The notes under the pieces: model-generated
The model's input: the letters and a program-made list of their open reading frames with translations, nothing else
What the model was told of the DNA's origin: nothing
The model's database searches: none
NCBI RefSeq assembly: GCF_006345805.1
Contig: NC_043003.1
Span: forward strand, 17,174,001 to 17,238,000
DNA length: 64,000 bases
Direction: 5' to 3'
Origin: Octopus sinensis
Lineage: Eukaryota
Program-made: the position numbers and the translations under genes
Shown here: positions 12,739 through 26,185 of the stretch, in pieces
Position numbering within the stretch: the stretch's first letter is position 1
Layout: every line of letters starts with the position of its first letter

Positions 12739-15700
12739 ATCTAAATCTTCCTTTTACAAGAATGTTGTACTTCTTGTCTGCGAAGCATTCTTCCACGTGA
12801 AGAGATTGCGTATAAGCGGCTGCTGTACTTGGCATTCAGTCAGAGATTGTAAGCAATGTTGATTAACACATACGTACAATATACAAGGCATAACTGGGGA
12901 GTCTAAGAAAGGGGTCCTAAAACACTTATGAAAAATGCTCGTAAATATTCCCACTTTATGTAAAGGAAGACATGAAGTTGGCTCAAGAAGTTAGAACAAG
13001 ACTGACCAATTATTCATTATCGTATTTCTAAGAGAATTAGCATCTAGTAATACCCAATTCATTGTTTTATTCACAAAAGAAAATGTAAGTTAACAAAACA
13101 AAGAATATAATTGGCAGGATTGTTCTAATGCTGGAATTACTATAAACTTATTCATACAAAACGTCGGCATCAGATAAAAAGAAAATAATGCAAAAAGATG
13201 AAGTAGGATAGAAATAAAGGAACAAACATAGAAAGAATCGCATTTAATTACCTTAATTATCTTCATTGCATTTTGATACCTACTTTACATCAGAAATCCA
13301 ACTCGGTTCCAAGGCCATTGACGTTTCCAAATTCTACATTCAGCTCAAATGTTCCTTTACGTCTGTAAACTCTCAATAAAATTTAGTGTCTTCGTGTCAA
13401 GTCAATCAATGATTTGTTGTAAGAACTTGTTACACGTAGAAAGACCTGACGTACAAATTTTGTAAAGCGCTTGGGTTTCGCATGTTTGATGCTAGATATT
13501 CAGAAACTGTCTAAAATAACTCAAGCCTTTTCTAAGTCTGCATCTGGTAAATTTTATTGCACAAGACTTGACCTCTATTGGCAAGTTACCAGGCTATTAC
13601 ATCATAGAAATAATATTATCAAGAAAATAGCATTGTCATTTGGAATAGGAACGTATGGGAGGAAAACATGTTATATAGAAACCAAGCTAACATTCTACAA
13701 CGCATATGCAACTGTACAACGTTCCATACTGTTGTGTTGTTCTTCACGATTTTTATGCCAAAAGTGATACTAGATTATGCTTATGTTTATAGGTGTATAT
13801 ATTTATATATGGATACGTAAAAGTCCAAATACACATTTTGTGTTCCTACAAATGAAAAGTTTGCTAAATGTTTTATAGTTTTTTCTTAACAGTTGCTCAT
13901 TCGTGAACGAATCCGCTGATTTCTTTAATCAATATGAATCAAGTAAAATTTTGCTATTTTAGGAGAAACCGATATTTTTAGATCTTTTGTAAACGTTTTC
14001 TAAAGTAATAATACAACTTTTACTATATTTTACGAATGAAACCACATAGACAAAATATAATTAACGTTCCTTTCAAGTTCACTGCTAATATTGACGGTAA
14101 CAACGAACGAAACATGTTTGTTAAAACAGAAACTGACGTTTGCTTTATGTCCCGGAAAACAATGTCTGGTCGGTTGTGCTTCAAGCGCTGTTTTATTGAA
14201 ATTTTCCTCTTATTATTTGTATTTTTTTAAATGCGCATTCCAATTTTATGATGCCTAAAATCTTTGCGATAGATCAATTTTTCCTACGTAACATTATATG
14301 TAATAATGACTTCTCATAGTATATCATTGCCTTTTCGGACCTTTTCAAGTGATGTTTGATGGCGAAACGAAAGCATTCTAGACTAGACTCTCATTTTGCA
14401 ATAGGGGTAGTTAAAAGCGTTATATTCTATTTTATTTATAAGATATTTGGTATATTTCATCAATATGTTACCAAAGGATTCGCTACCTCCATATTTGCTG
14501 ATTTCTTCTATTCTTCCAGAGAAGTAAGAGTCATACGAATGATATTTGAAGATGATTCACGCATACATCATGCCTCTTAAACATGAAGTAAGGTGGTGAC
14601 ATTTGAGGGGAAACTACTGATAATGTCTGCATCTATGCCGGTTTGATACAACGATATCTATTATCACAATGTATCATTTTCACTGTTTTATAAGATACTT
14701 ACAAGCTATCTCTTTTTCTTGTATGTTAAGGATATATATCTTTCAATGTGTGAGGTGATATGCTGTTCGCTGTTTCAAGATGAACATCTCACCTTATCTA
14801 TGTCGGTGCCATTATCCATCTCATAGTATAAATATAAATATATAATCTTTTGTTAATAAGAAGTGTGCTCCGTTTGTTGAACTCTGTTTAAACGTAATTG
14901 ACCAACCGTTTTATGGTCAGAAAATGTTATAATACAGTGAGGCGTCGGTTACTAACCTCATGTAAACATATCTGTTTCATGAATTCATTTCTGGACCTTT
15001 TTTACTATCAAATTAGCAAAGTTACACCATGATGCCCGGATTTATTTATTTATTGCTTTAGTTTTAGTTAGTCTGTCGATATCACTGTTCGTGAGAATGT
15101 TGGATGTATTTTCATTTATTTAAAAGTATTAATTGCCTTTTACGAAACGCATGAACGCGTCTGATTGCATTTGTGTGTATACAAATGCGTGTGTGACTAT
15201 TTATGTATGGATGCTATGTTCACATTATCAAACATTTATTTGGATTATTTTCTATAAAAGTGTAACAGTCAGAAATAGGTATATGTAAAATGTTATCGCT
15301 CGTATGGATTCTATTTCGTCACATCTTGGTTCTTGAAACTTATCGCAAAAAATAAAGAAATAAAAGACACATTTACCAAGTAAAAAAAAAACAAGAGATT
15401 ATACTATTTAATCTTCTCTCAAGGACACTAATGACGTGAGTGGAATAAAATGGTAACCAAGATTCGAAAACAGGTTCTGGAATTTTATACGGTCTTCATT
15501 TATACAACGAAGCTCATCCCTTAGCGCTAAAAAGTAATTCTTGGCCAGAAATGATACCTTTTGTCTCGTAAGGATACTTTATATGAACAAGAAGATTAAA
15601 ACTATTAGGATATTATCAAACTTTATTTCATTTTGAAGTTTGGTGGTAAACTTCTTGATTTACGATCTGGAATTATAATGTTACTTGATAAAATTCATTT

Positions 15701-16023
15701 TGACTAAGTCAATATTAATCATATTAATCATGAAGTTGACATTAATCATGTTGACTAAGTCAGCATTAACACATGAAGTTCTAAATCTTCTGAGATCTGG
15801 TAACAGGATTAGGTGTAGTTTATGAGTAAGCAATGGGTTAAGTCGGATTAGCCTCGAGTTACTATAAAGTTGAATTTCGCTTTCCAGACATTTGTATATT
15901 ACTGCATACACTTTATACGCACTTTCTGACAAGTTGTGGTGTACCTGAGCACTGTATACAATAATTTCATTATTATTATTATTATTATTTTGAAACGAGT
16001 AAACCAGAGTAGTTTAGTGATTG

Positions 16024-16274
16024 TGTGTTTCCTTCTGGAGCCATGTCAGGTTCATAAGGGCCGGTTTCCCGGTTTCAGTGGCGTATAAATTCCTCCATCT
16101 GGGCGGGACGCCGGTCCGTCGCAGCGTTACTCATTTTTGCCAACTGAGTGGATTGGAGCAACATGAAATGAAGTGTTTTGCTCAAGAACATAACGCATCG
16201 CCCGGTCCAGGAATCGAAACCACACTCTTACGATCATGAGTCCAACAGCCTAACCACTAAGCCACGCGCCTCCA
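16024..16274 (-). mobile_element. SINE: H1 head plus T1' tail, with 12-bp TSD
   Basis: TSD gtttagtgattg at 16012-16023 and 16277-16288. Minus strand reads ggaggcgcgtggcttagtggttagg...aaaaatgagt|aacgctgcg...ggctccagaagg. Confidence 0.9.
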
Positions 16275-16806
16275 ATGTTTAGTGATTGCCAATAAAGTAA
16301 TTAACCATTTAAAAATGTTTCTGATTAATTATGGAAACGGTTTCTCTCATTAATATATGTGTGTTCGTGCGTACATGTGTATGAGTGTGTGGGTGTGCTT
16401 GTGTGCGTGCGTGTGTGTGTGTACGTGTGTGCGTGTGCGCGCATGCATAGATAGACAAATATAATATCTACTCAACGAACATCATCTAACTTTCACTTTC
16501 AAATTTAATTTATTTTAATTGTTAATTTAATTTACAAAGAAATAAAACCATGCTACATAAATATGATACTTAATGAGAAACTATTAACTTCCCATTTTTA
16601 TTCCTTTCCTGGAGGCATTAGGGCAATCAATAAAGCAGTTTCAATTTGGAATCGAAACTGAGAGCTAGATTCGGTTTGCCTTGAATTGTTTGCATTCCTC
16701 AGGAAAAAAGTATTTGGTGCATTGCAATCGAGTAGACGTTACCGTTCCAAATGACAGAAAAGGCGTTAATTCGATACTATAGAAGAAACGATGTCTTTAT
16801 AACGTA

Positions 16807-17068
16807 ATAATAAATAAGTGCGCCCTTTTAAAGCCTAGCCAGGCTCATGGGCCCGGTTTCCCGGTTTCAATGGCATATGTGTCTCCCAGCTGAACGGGAC
16901 ACCAGTCCATCGCAGCGTTACTCATTTTCTCCAGCTGAGTGGACCGGAGCAACGCGAAATGAAGTGTTTTGCTCAAGAACACAACGCGTCGCCTAGTCCA
17001 GGAATCGAAACCACAATCTTACGATCATGATGCTGACACCCTAACCACTAAGCCATGCGCCTCCACAC
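16807..17068 (-). mobile_element. SINE: H1 head plus T1 tail, with 12-bp TSD
   Basis: TSD ctttataacgta at 16795-16806 and 17069-17080. Confidence 0.92.
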
Positions 17069-18329
17069 CTTTATAACGTAGCTTATGAATATTGTTGGTA
17101 AAATTGCCGTTAGGTTCCATTGCAATTGTTAATCTATTTTGATCTTACATATTAAAATATGATAAACTTTAATTGAATAAGTTTGGTATGACATTGTACA
17201 TTACAGGTATTAGCAAGATTTCATGATATGCCTAAATCGTATTTTACACATTAGCAGAATGTTCAAATCTAATCTAAAAGACTCTATTCTCTATACATGT
17301 ATAGAGCAACTTTTTTTTTTATTTAGTATTGTTTGTGATCCATTTGGTATGTACCAGCGCGATTTTAAATTAGCAAAATTGTTTCCTGACTTATGGAATA
17401 TACAAAATATTATTACAATTCTGAGTAGCTCCAGCTAGAGCTTTGTGTAACTGGAGTACTCATGACCTAAAGAATGCTAGAAACAATATCACGGAAGAAA
17501 TTATGGAAGACACTGTATTAATATCTATCACCTCTATATAAATACAAGAATGATCGTCTCTATTAATAAGCATATATTACATACCTATTTTATAAACTAC
17601 ATATTTCAGAGAGAAAAAAAAAAACTATGAAAATATCTCATAAATAAGCAGTAAATTAAAACAATCGCTTACTTCTGCTTAATTGTTATTTTAAGAACAT
17701 GCAAACGTATACATGAGCTCGGCGAATCTGATTCGGGTGGGAGATTTAACAGCCTTTCTGGTACTTGAAATTTTGACATTTAATATCCCAGCTGTCTGTG
17801 TCGTTAGCTTTTAGTAGCAGACAAAGCAGATCTCTAAATCAGGAGGAACTATAAGAAATGTGATCAGAACGCTTTCAATACCGTTTATGTACAAAGGTAA
17901 GATGCAGAAGCACAGGCAGGATGATTCATTCGTTTCTCTCTGGCAAGAACACGTCTCGATATTAAATTAAAAGAAAATGCTAAGAATGTTGAATTGAAAA
18001 ACCAAATTAAACTTATGAAATTAAATTAAATTTTGCAACATATGCGAAGGTAATACACAAGCGAATACAACTTACAAAGTTGAAGAAATTTTTTCATTTC
18101 TCTTGTGTTATTTTTTCGCAACTCGTGTGCTGAAATCGACTGTTATCTATCTTAATTATTTTTCTTGTATCCTACACTACCGCTTAAAAGACAGCAGGAC
18201 TTGATATTCATATGATAAAGTTACAGAGTAATAAAAAAATATATATATTCTGAGATTGAAAATTTTAACAATAATAACTTTTTTAATATAGGTACAAGAC
18301 TTGAAATAACAACAGTAATCTTTCCTACT

Positions 18330-18490
18330 ATAGGTACAAGGCCGAAATTTTTAGCTAGTCGATTACTTCGAACCCAGTGCTCAACTGGTACTTATTTTAT
18401 AGACCCCGAAAGGATGAAAGGCAAGGTTGACCTCGACAGAATTCGAACTCAGAACGTAAAGACAAAACGAATGTTACTAGGCCATTTTCA
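18330..18490 (-). mobile_element. Family-A SINE, antisense, truncated
   Basis: gaccccgaaaggatgaaaggcaaggttgacctcgacagaattcgaactcagaacg. Confidence 0.8.
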
Positions 18491-18949
18491 AATGCAAAGA
18501 AGCAGTGGGTGTATTAGAAAAAAAATGTGGTACCGGAGGTTACGAAAAGAATAATTGAAATAGATTATAAGTTTAAACTATTTTTTAAAATCGAAGTAAT
18601 ATTGCCTAGACATTATGATTTACGAAATCATGTACAGTAAATTGCTTGCTTATGATTTGAAATATTTAGATGTTATAAAAATTATTTTAGGTTTGGTAAC
18701 CACATTAGTAAATTCTAATACGTTAATAAGGATTTTAAACATAATATAATGACGAGCTGTTCATCTTTGGCTTCATTTAGGTTATAAAAAGATTATAATA
18801 TTTTTGCATGAAATGCAGCTAACTGAATCGGAAATAGTACTGTAGTTTTGTAATGAAAAACCCACAAATTACTGATTACAAATATTGCTTAGCCTCAATG
18901 AATTTGTCATGCAGCTTCCGGGAGAGAATCTAGTTCTTCCTCTTTGTCG

Positions 18950-19130
18950 CATGTTTTCTCTCTCTCTTCCTCATTCTTTCTCTCTCTCTTCCTCATTTTC
19001 TCTCCCTCATTCTTTCTCTCTCTCTCTCTCTCTTTCTCTCTTACCACACACGCACACAAATACGCGCATACACACTCACATTCATCACGGCATACGTACG
19101 TGTGTTTATGTGTGCGCGCATGCATGTGTT
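18950..19130. repeat. (CT)-rich plus (CA)/(TG) microsatellite block
   Basis: Direct reading. Confidence 0.9.
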
Positions 19131-19139
19131 TTGTATGAG

Positions 19140-19385
19140 GTCGGACTAAATCTACGATCCATGCGATTCTTTCACAAAACCATTGATCATCACCCACCAC
19201 AGTCAATAAACGAGAAATTGCTTGCATACCTGCTCACTCCTACGTTACTACGTCCGTAGACACATCTTATCGTTGTCTTCCGTAATAATTACTGTGTCAA
19301 GTCAAGGAGTGGTCGGACTGCTGATATTAAGATACCATAATCGTATTGCAATCGTCTGTTCATAGGATCGAGATAAGTAAAGAAA
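19140..19385 (+). other. Candidate non-coding first/5'UTR exon
   Basis: Non-repetitive stretch after a CT/CA microsatellite block, ending in AAA|GTAAGT at 19386, about 3 kb upstream of the acceptor at 22347. The 5' boundary is uncertain. Confidence 0.4.
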
Positions 19386-19785
19386 GTAAGTCAAGAAAGT
19401 AAGATTAGGAATTCACAAATTTCTTCTGCTATCATCTAAGCAGCCGTTCCCAAATTCCCAAAAAAACATTTTGGCGCAGAAATCACTAAGCAATTTTCCA
19501 AAAGTCGCGAAACCCACACCTATATTTTACGGATGCCCCTATACTACCTTCATTTCAATAAAACATTCAATGAAACAAAAGCAGTACCAGAGAGAAAATG
19601 GCTGATTCTTTTTAATATAATGGATATCATGTGTTTTATATTATAGACTTTAATTAAATTTTATAAAGAAAGATCATATTTCACAGAATCCTAGAAATAT
19701 TTTCAAAGGACCCTGGGTTTTTTTCAGAACCCACTTTGAAATACCTTGCCCTAAGGTACTCCCAAGTCACGGTATTGATAATTAA

Positions 19786-20018
19786 AAGGCTGCGAGCTGG
19801 CAGAAACGTTAGCATGCCGGGCGAAATGCTTAGCAGTATTTCGTCTGCCGCTACGTTCTGAGTTCAAATTCCGCCGAGGTCGACTATGCCTTTCATCCTT
19901 TCGGGGTCGATTAAATAAGTACTAGTTACGCACTGGGGTCGATGTAATCGACTTAATCCGTTTGTCTGTCCTTGTGTGCCCTCTCTGTGTTTAGCCCCTT
20001 GTGGGTAGTAAAGAAATA
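19786..20018 (+). mobile_element. Full-length family-A SINE with 15-bp TSD
   Basis: TSD ggtattgataattaa at 19771-19785 and 20019-20033. Confidence 0.95.
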
Positions 20019-21960
20019 GGTATTGATAATTAAGTGTTGTGGTAATGAAATCGACAGGAAACTGGCAGATTCAAATCAGTTGAGCTAGTAATGAATTTTA
20101 ACAACTCTCTGTACGATAGCTCCTCTCTAAACCCGTTTCAGTTTTATCAGCTTACCAAGGTTGAGGTTGCCTTAATATTGACTTCACGTGTATAAAAATA
20201 AATATCAAGTCAAGCTTCAAGTATCTGATTTTGCTAATTTTCCAATCTAGCAGAATCATTAGAGGGCCTGATAAAATGTTCCGTGGTTCTTTATGTCCCG
20301 AGTTCAAATGCCTTCCATTTCTTCCTTTCTGGATCAATAAAATAATATTCGGTAATCGACTTTCTCCTCAAAATTGCTGGCGTTGTGCCAAAATTAGAAA
20401 AAAAAATTATTTTACTCTGGTAATATAACTGTCCTAAAAAAAAAGTAAGTACATGAATAATTTGTTCAGAAACAAACAATCCATGGTCTGACAAAGATTC
20501 TTCACCACACAAAGACATTATGATCTTCATGTTCCGTCAGTCATTCCTATATATGCCAAGAAATTCTAAGTTGAGTGTAGTTTACAATCTTGAAGGAACT
20601 CATATAACTATGAACTAGCAAAATACCAATTACTAATGCTATAAGTATCGAGCTGTATATGTCAAACTTGTACAATTCCTTCTTATTAATATTGAAGAAG
20701 TATTGTATTTTAAGAATGTCTTTATAGTTTATCTGTATAAGATAAAAGTAACTGTCTCCCGACTATCGCGACATATCACTATTTCTACACTTGGAAGAGG
20801 AAGCAAATCTTAATATAGATTTTAAATGATCTTGTGTAGAATTACGCAGCTAGTGCGTCTCCCTTACCGAAAGTGTATCGTGAATATTATGCCCGTAGTT
20901 AGGTAACCCCAGAGAAAAATACTTATGAGTAGAAGACACATTTTTGCAAAACCATCTTATATTATAACAAATTCTTTAACAACGTAAGACGAGATCGTTT
21001 ATGGGGGATCGTGTATAAGTTTGTGCGAACTGACAGGTTGCAAATTGCAAGTTCATAGTCACAAGAGATATTTTTAGGATGCTGGGAAACTATTTTTGTG
21101 ATGACATGAGCATAGCCAAATGCTAAAAATGTTCAATTCGCAACGACGAGGTTCGAGATCCGATTCCAGAGCGTGGCATCATGGACAAGTGTTTTATTTT
21201 CTATAGAATTAAATCAAAAATTAATGTAAAATTTTAAAATGTCAGCAACTTCGAGAGAATTCTGATCTTTGCATCAATCAAAAAACAATATCCCAGTAAA
21301 AGGCAACAAACTGGAAGGCCGTTAGGGTACCAGATAGAATAAATACTTTGGATTACTTGCTTTGATTCTCGATGTTCTGAGTTCAAATCCCTCCGAGATC
21401 AAAGTTACCGTTCATCCAGTCGGTGAGAGACAGTTCCACTATTCCATTCTTCACATATTGGGACAAACAATTCACGTGGCATCCAATCTATCACAATATC
21501 AAACCAGATGCCTTGTGATATTTATCACGCCCCGTTGCCTTTTGGGTTTGATCTTGCCGTGACCTACTTGGCTGGCAGACTTAATCCATTGCTCAGCTAA
21601 ACATCACCACTCGGTTCATTGGTTACCTTAAGCCGATCGCTATTGTAATCACTTCCACCAATTTTAGAGGCCCTTTGAAGGGCCAAGGGCACTGCCTTTT
21701 CTCTTGACCAAACGAACTTTTTAAAAAAATGACTAAGTAGTAGTTTACGACTTATTTTTTCAGCCCAGAGTTTGAACGACAACAATTTTCCATCTTTTAA
21801 AACTTGTTCAGCGCCATATAATCGAATTGCCCCCCAAAAGGAGACTGACTTTATGCTCTGTCTAGTGATAAACGTAGCCCCTGTGAATGAAATTTAAGAA
21901 ATTATGTACCAAGATCGATAGGCATTATTTCATCGATTATTTTTGTGGCTAATTAAAAGA

Positions 21961-22266
21961 ATTGTTTGTTCCTTCTCGAGCCATACCTGGCTCATAAGGG
22001 CCGGTTTCCCGTTTCCTTGGCGTATATGTTTCCCACCTGGACGGGACACCGGCCCGTCGCAGGTGAGCTGCAAGATGCAGGAGGAAAGAGTGAGAGAAAG
22101 TTATAGCGAAAGAGTCAGCAGAGGTTCACCATTACCTTATGCCGGAGCCGCGTGGAGCTTAGGTGTTTCGCTCATAAACACACACACACATCGCACAGTC
22201 TGAGATTCGAACCCGCGATCCCTCGACCGCGAGTCCGCTGCCCTAACCACTAGGCCATGTGCCTCC
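21961..22266 (-). mobile_element. SINE: H2' head plus T1' tail
   Basis: Minus strand ggaggcacatggcctagtggttagggcagcggactcgcggtcgaggg...gagaaggaacaaacaat; near-identical to 25901-26185. Confidence 0.9.
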
Positions 22267-22380
22267 AATTAAACGAATTATTGTTTTAAAAATGTATTCA
22301 AACTACAAGTCATATGAATGTAACAGATTTTTTTTTTCTCTTTTCAGTTTCCAACGGCTAGTGGATAATAAAATACCAAG

Positions 22381-22690
22381 ATGGGTGTCGGGGATGACGT
22401 AGCACCCCGCTTTACACAAAAGCCCACATTGAAGCAGGAAAACGGGGGAAAGAAACTCGTATTCTTATGTGTTTTGGAAGCGTCTCCAGAACCAGAAATA
22501 AAATGGTTTCTTGGAACTACACCATTAAATCCTTCAGACAAGCTGAAAATGCGCTTGGAACCTAAAGGAGGCCCTACCTATAATGTCATCATGGATCTAT
22601 TTAATGTAAGCAAAGAGGATGCTGGGACATACAAGGTGGTAGCAAAGAACAAACTGGGAGAGGTATCAGCGACAATCAATCTGAATCTTG
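22381..22690 (+). CDS. unc-22: First coding exon of a twitchin/projectin-like giant muscle protein (N-terminal I-set Ig domain)
   Basis: Translates MGVGDDVAPRFTQKPTLKQENGGKKLVFLCVLEASPEPEIKWF...DAGTYKVVAKNKLGEVSATINLNL, with I-set hallmarks (APxFxxKP, Cys, core Trp, DxGxY). From memory it closely resembles the N-termini of Drosophila projectin and C. elegans UNC-22. Strong acceptor ttttttttttctcttttcag ending 22347; two in-frame TAA stops upstream of the ATG (aagATGG); phase-1 donor G|GTAAGT at 22691. Whole exon 22348-22690. Confidence 0.88.
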
Positions 22691-22755
22691 GTAAGTAGAA
22701 TATTATTATCACATGATTCATGTAAAGAGTTTGAGTTCTTATTAGTAGATGGCGA

Positions 22756-23236
22756 AAGGCGGCGAGCTGGCAGAAACGTTAGCACGCCGGGCGAAATGCT
22801 TAGCGGTATTTCGTCTGCCGCTACGTTCTGAGTTCAAATTCCGCCGAGATCGACTTTGCCTTTCATCCTTTCGGGGTCGATTAAATAAGTACCAGCTACG
22901 CACCGGGGTCGATATAATCAACTTAATCCGTTTGTCTGTCCTTGTTTGTTCTCTCTGTGTTTAGCCCCTTGTGGGTAGTAAAGGAATAGGTATTTCGTCT
23001 GCCGCTGCGTTCTGAGTTCAAATTCCGCCGAGGTCGACTTTGCCTTTCCTCCTTTCGGAGTTGATAAATTTATTACCAGTTACGCACTGGGGGTCGATGT
23101 AATCGACTTAATCCATTTGTCTGTCCTTGTTTGTCCCCTCTATGCTTAGCCCCTTGTGGGCAATAAAGAAATGAGAATCGTTAGCATGCTGGACAAAGTG
23201 CTTAGCGGCATTTCGTCCGTCTTTACGATCTGAGTT
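22756..23236 (+). mobile_element. Head-to-tail multimer of family-A SINE (one full and two partial units)
   Basis: Unit 1 ends ...aatagg and re-enters at internal ggtatttcgtctg (22989); a third partial unit starts at about 23174. Confidence 0.9.
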
Positions 23237-24184
23237 GGAGTAATTTCTCTGTATGTTCATAGGGTTCGTAGGTTAAAAAACAATAACAAAAATATCACGG
23301 TTGTCACAACACCCTCTTTCATTCTTCCGAAAGAAATAACTACAGATTTGTTCTGTGATTCTTGTCTCAAGTCAAGATTGCATTGAAGTGAATCTCATAT
23401 GTTTTTTGTCAGTTAACGTCAAGATTATAAATTAATATTACGCGCTCAAAAATCTAAATTGATTTTCATCCAGCATTTTGTTGATATAAGCTACAATTTA
23501 CGGTAACCTCACAGGGATCATTTAAAATCTAATATCTCAATTTTTCCTTACAACATTGTGTGATGCACCTTGACATTTCTTGGGGGTCATTAGATATTTC
23601 GGGGCTTACCTAGGCAACCCAGCCGAGGTTGATCACGCCGGCTTGACCGACTCCGGTTGCGTCCGATTAGCATTATCCCTTATTACAATGTAACACTATC
23701 TGAACACTCAAAAAACATTATGATAATAGAATATCATGTCAAAAATAGAGAGGTGGGTAAGAATGTCACTCAATAGTTAGATGGAACTTCTTTACGTTTA
23801 CTAACCCCCAGAAAATGTCCTTTATTGGAAGAGGTAACTTAATCTGCTTAGGTGCGATGGAAACCCAGATGACATCTTAATAAAGGTGTATAGAATCATC
23901 TGATTGCTGAGACTCCATTTTTGCCACTAGTTCTTTTTGCAATGATCCCTGCGTGGAAACAATAAACTGGGAATAGATCAGTTTAAATTTAGCCTTAATA
24001 CAAATGAAATTTTGACGTTTTTACTTAAATGATAACAAATATCTAATTTTTGTATATTCTAATTTTTTTGAAGCACACCTGTAATTTGCTTCAATGTAAC
24101 TCTTGCTGTTTTGTATTTTTTATTTTCATTTCCGGTCGATATCTTAAACTATAGGCTAAACTTGATGATGATGATGATGATATA

Positions 24185-24223
24185 TATATGTGTATTTATA
24201 TAATACAATCGCACCCCCACACG

Positions 24224-24271
<48 letters not shown>

Positions 24272-24332
24272 TGTGTGTGCGTGTATATATGTGTATATAT
24301 ATATATTTATATATATATATATATATATATAT
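24185..24332. repeat. (TA)/(TG) compound microsatellite
   Basis: Direct reading. Confidence 0.9.
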
Positions 24333-25242
24333 AACATATTTGTCGGATTCTTTTGAAAAAATTGAACTACATACAATCTATTTCTAGCTATTTAAGAATA
24401 CGTATTAACGATGTGTCTGTTGAAATACACTTGTCTGCTGGATTGCTAATTAAGAATTTTGCTTTCTTAAATAATGTAACGGAAGATTTTCATAAGTATA
24501 TTTCAATAATCACTCTCAGATTAGTATTGTATTAGAGTATTTTATATACAGTAATCTCTATCTGTATTTCCTTCATCTAACTGATGGGCTAATCCATATA
24601 AGCCCCCCGCCACCGCTAGTTGCTACTGCATCTTCTTCATTTGGTAACTATATATAAAACCTTAAATAAAGAGCCCTTTTCATTGCCAAAAACTAAGTGT
24701 TGGAATGGTTAAGCCGACTTATATTTCACTGGCTGTTCTGTTATTGAATTACAGATTAGGATACTCAGTAAAAAAAAGTCCATTGATCGTTACATACTCT
24801 CGTTTCACTAAACTTTGTTTCCACGAAAATTAAGAGAGAACTTCTAAACTTTAGTGTAAGATGTAAGGCAGCTTTTTAACAAGGGTGAAGAAACTACAAC
24901 TAACATTAGGCTATTTCCCTAGTATTGTTATTAATGAAAACGAAACAGAACTATTTTGAGGCATTCATTTGCTTCCTTTGATAATCTTGTGGTTTGTTGC
25001 ATTTTTGGTTAAAGTAGTATAACTCATTGATCCGTGCAGACGTGTTGTATCTAAACCAAAACTGCTTATAAAGTCATCGCAGAGTAAGCTGAATATGGGA
25101 ATAAACGAAAAATAATGTATGGAGTCTCTGGGACTGTAATATCTTCGCAACTAATGAATTACCTTAATCAATGATCTCAAAATTAGCCTTATAGTTACAT
25201 TAATTTTACAAATATTAACAAGAACTTAAAGAAAAGCTAAGG

Positions 25243-25557
25243 CAGTGGTTCTCAACCGGGGCCCATATAAGATTTTTGGGGGTCCATGCAACAAAACAGT
25301 AAATTGGATAGCCACGGTAGTATTTTTAGGGCCCCTGAAGAATTGTTGCTTTAGGTGTATGTATTGTCGTGTTTTATATGTATGTATTGATATGATTTGC
25401 AAAAAACAACAGGGTGTCTTTCTCTAACGTTTTCCATAGTTCAACCTACACAGGTTTCTATAAAACTAGTTTTTAAACATCGAATGCTTATGGGGGTCCA
25501 CCAGAATAAAACAGTAATCAAAGGGATCCATGGATAAAAAATTATTGAGGAACTCTG
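25243..25557. mobile_element. hAT/Charlie-like MITE (degenerate)
   Basis: Left end cagtggttctcaacc, degenerate right end attgaggaactctg. A related copy lies at about 37595-37850 (shared gggtccat...atcaaagg.a.tccat). Confidence 0.55.
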
Positions 25558-25900
25558 GACTAAAAGGAACTCTGCGACGGACCAACGTTCAGTTTGGAGC
25601 AATGTGATCTCAGTCACTTATACACCATTGGAATCGGGTTGAAATCATGTCTTATGACTCTTGGGGATCGTGACGCAAAGAAAGGAGAAAAGAAAGACTA
25701 ATTAAATTATATTTCATTTTAGTTTTATTGTTGTAAAGCAAAAAGAACAAAATTCTCATCAAGAGATGCTACAACGTTTTCCTTTACTTTTTTGTTTTTG
25801 TTTTTGTAAAAATAAGAGAATGTAACATCAGTGTAATGCAGTAGCAATTTGCTCTCCAAACCAGTATCAGTTCCAGTGTATCCGGAGATAATTGCACTCT

Positions 25901-26185
25901 ATTGTTTGTTCCTTCTCGAACCACACCTGGCTCATAAGGGCTGTATAGGTTCCCCACCTGGCCGGCACGCCGGTCCGTCGTAGGTAAGCTACAAGATGCA
26001 GGAGGAAAGAGTGAGAGAAAGTTGTGGCGAAAGAGTCAACAGAAGTTCGCCATTACCTTCTGCCGGAGCCGCGTGGAGCTTAGGACTTTCGCTCATAAAC
26101 ACACACATCGCCCGGTCTGAGATTCGAACCCGCGATCCCTCGACCGCGAGTCCGCTGCTCTAACCACTAGGCCATGTGCCTCCAC
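25901..26185 (-). mobile_element. SINE: H2' head plus T1' tail
   Basis: Imperfect TSD ataattgcactct / ataactgcactct. Confidence 0.9.

Noticed and set aside
22749-22964. Recurrent ORFs MA(E/K)..LARRAKCL..FRLPLRS.FKFRR (also 27301) and ...GFGRPEAIVEDTCPRCHAVGLNPEPCGW (36285, 40707, 50904, 51964)
   Set aside because: They recur only because they are read through family-A and family-B SINE copies; not a gene family.
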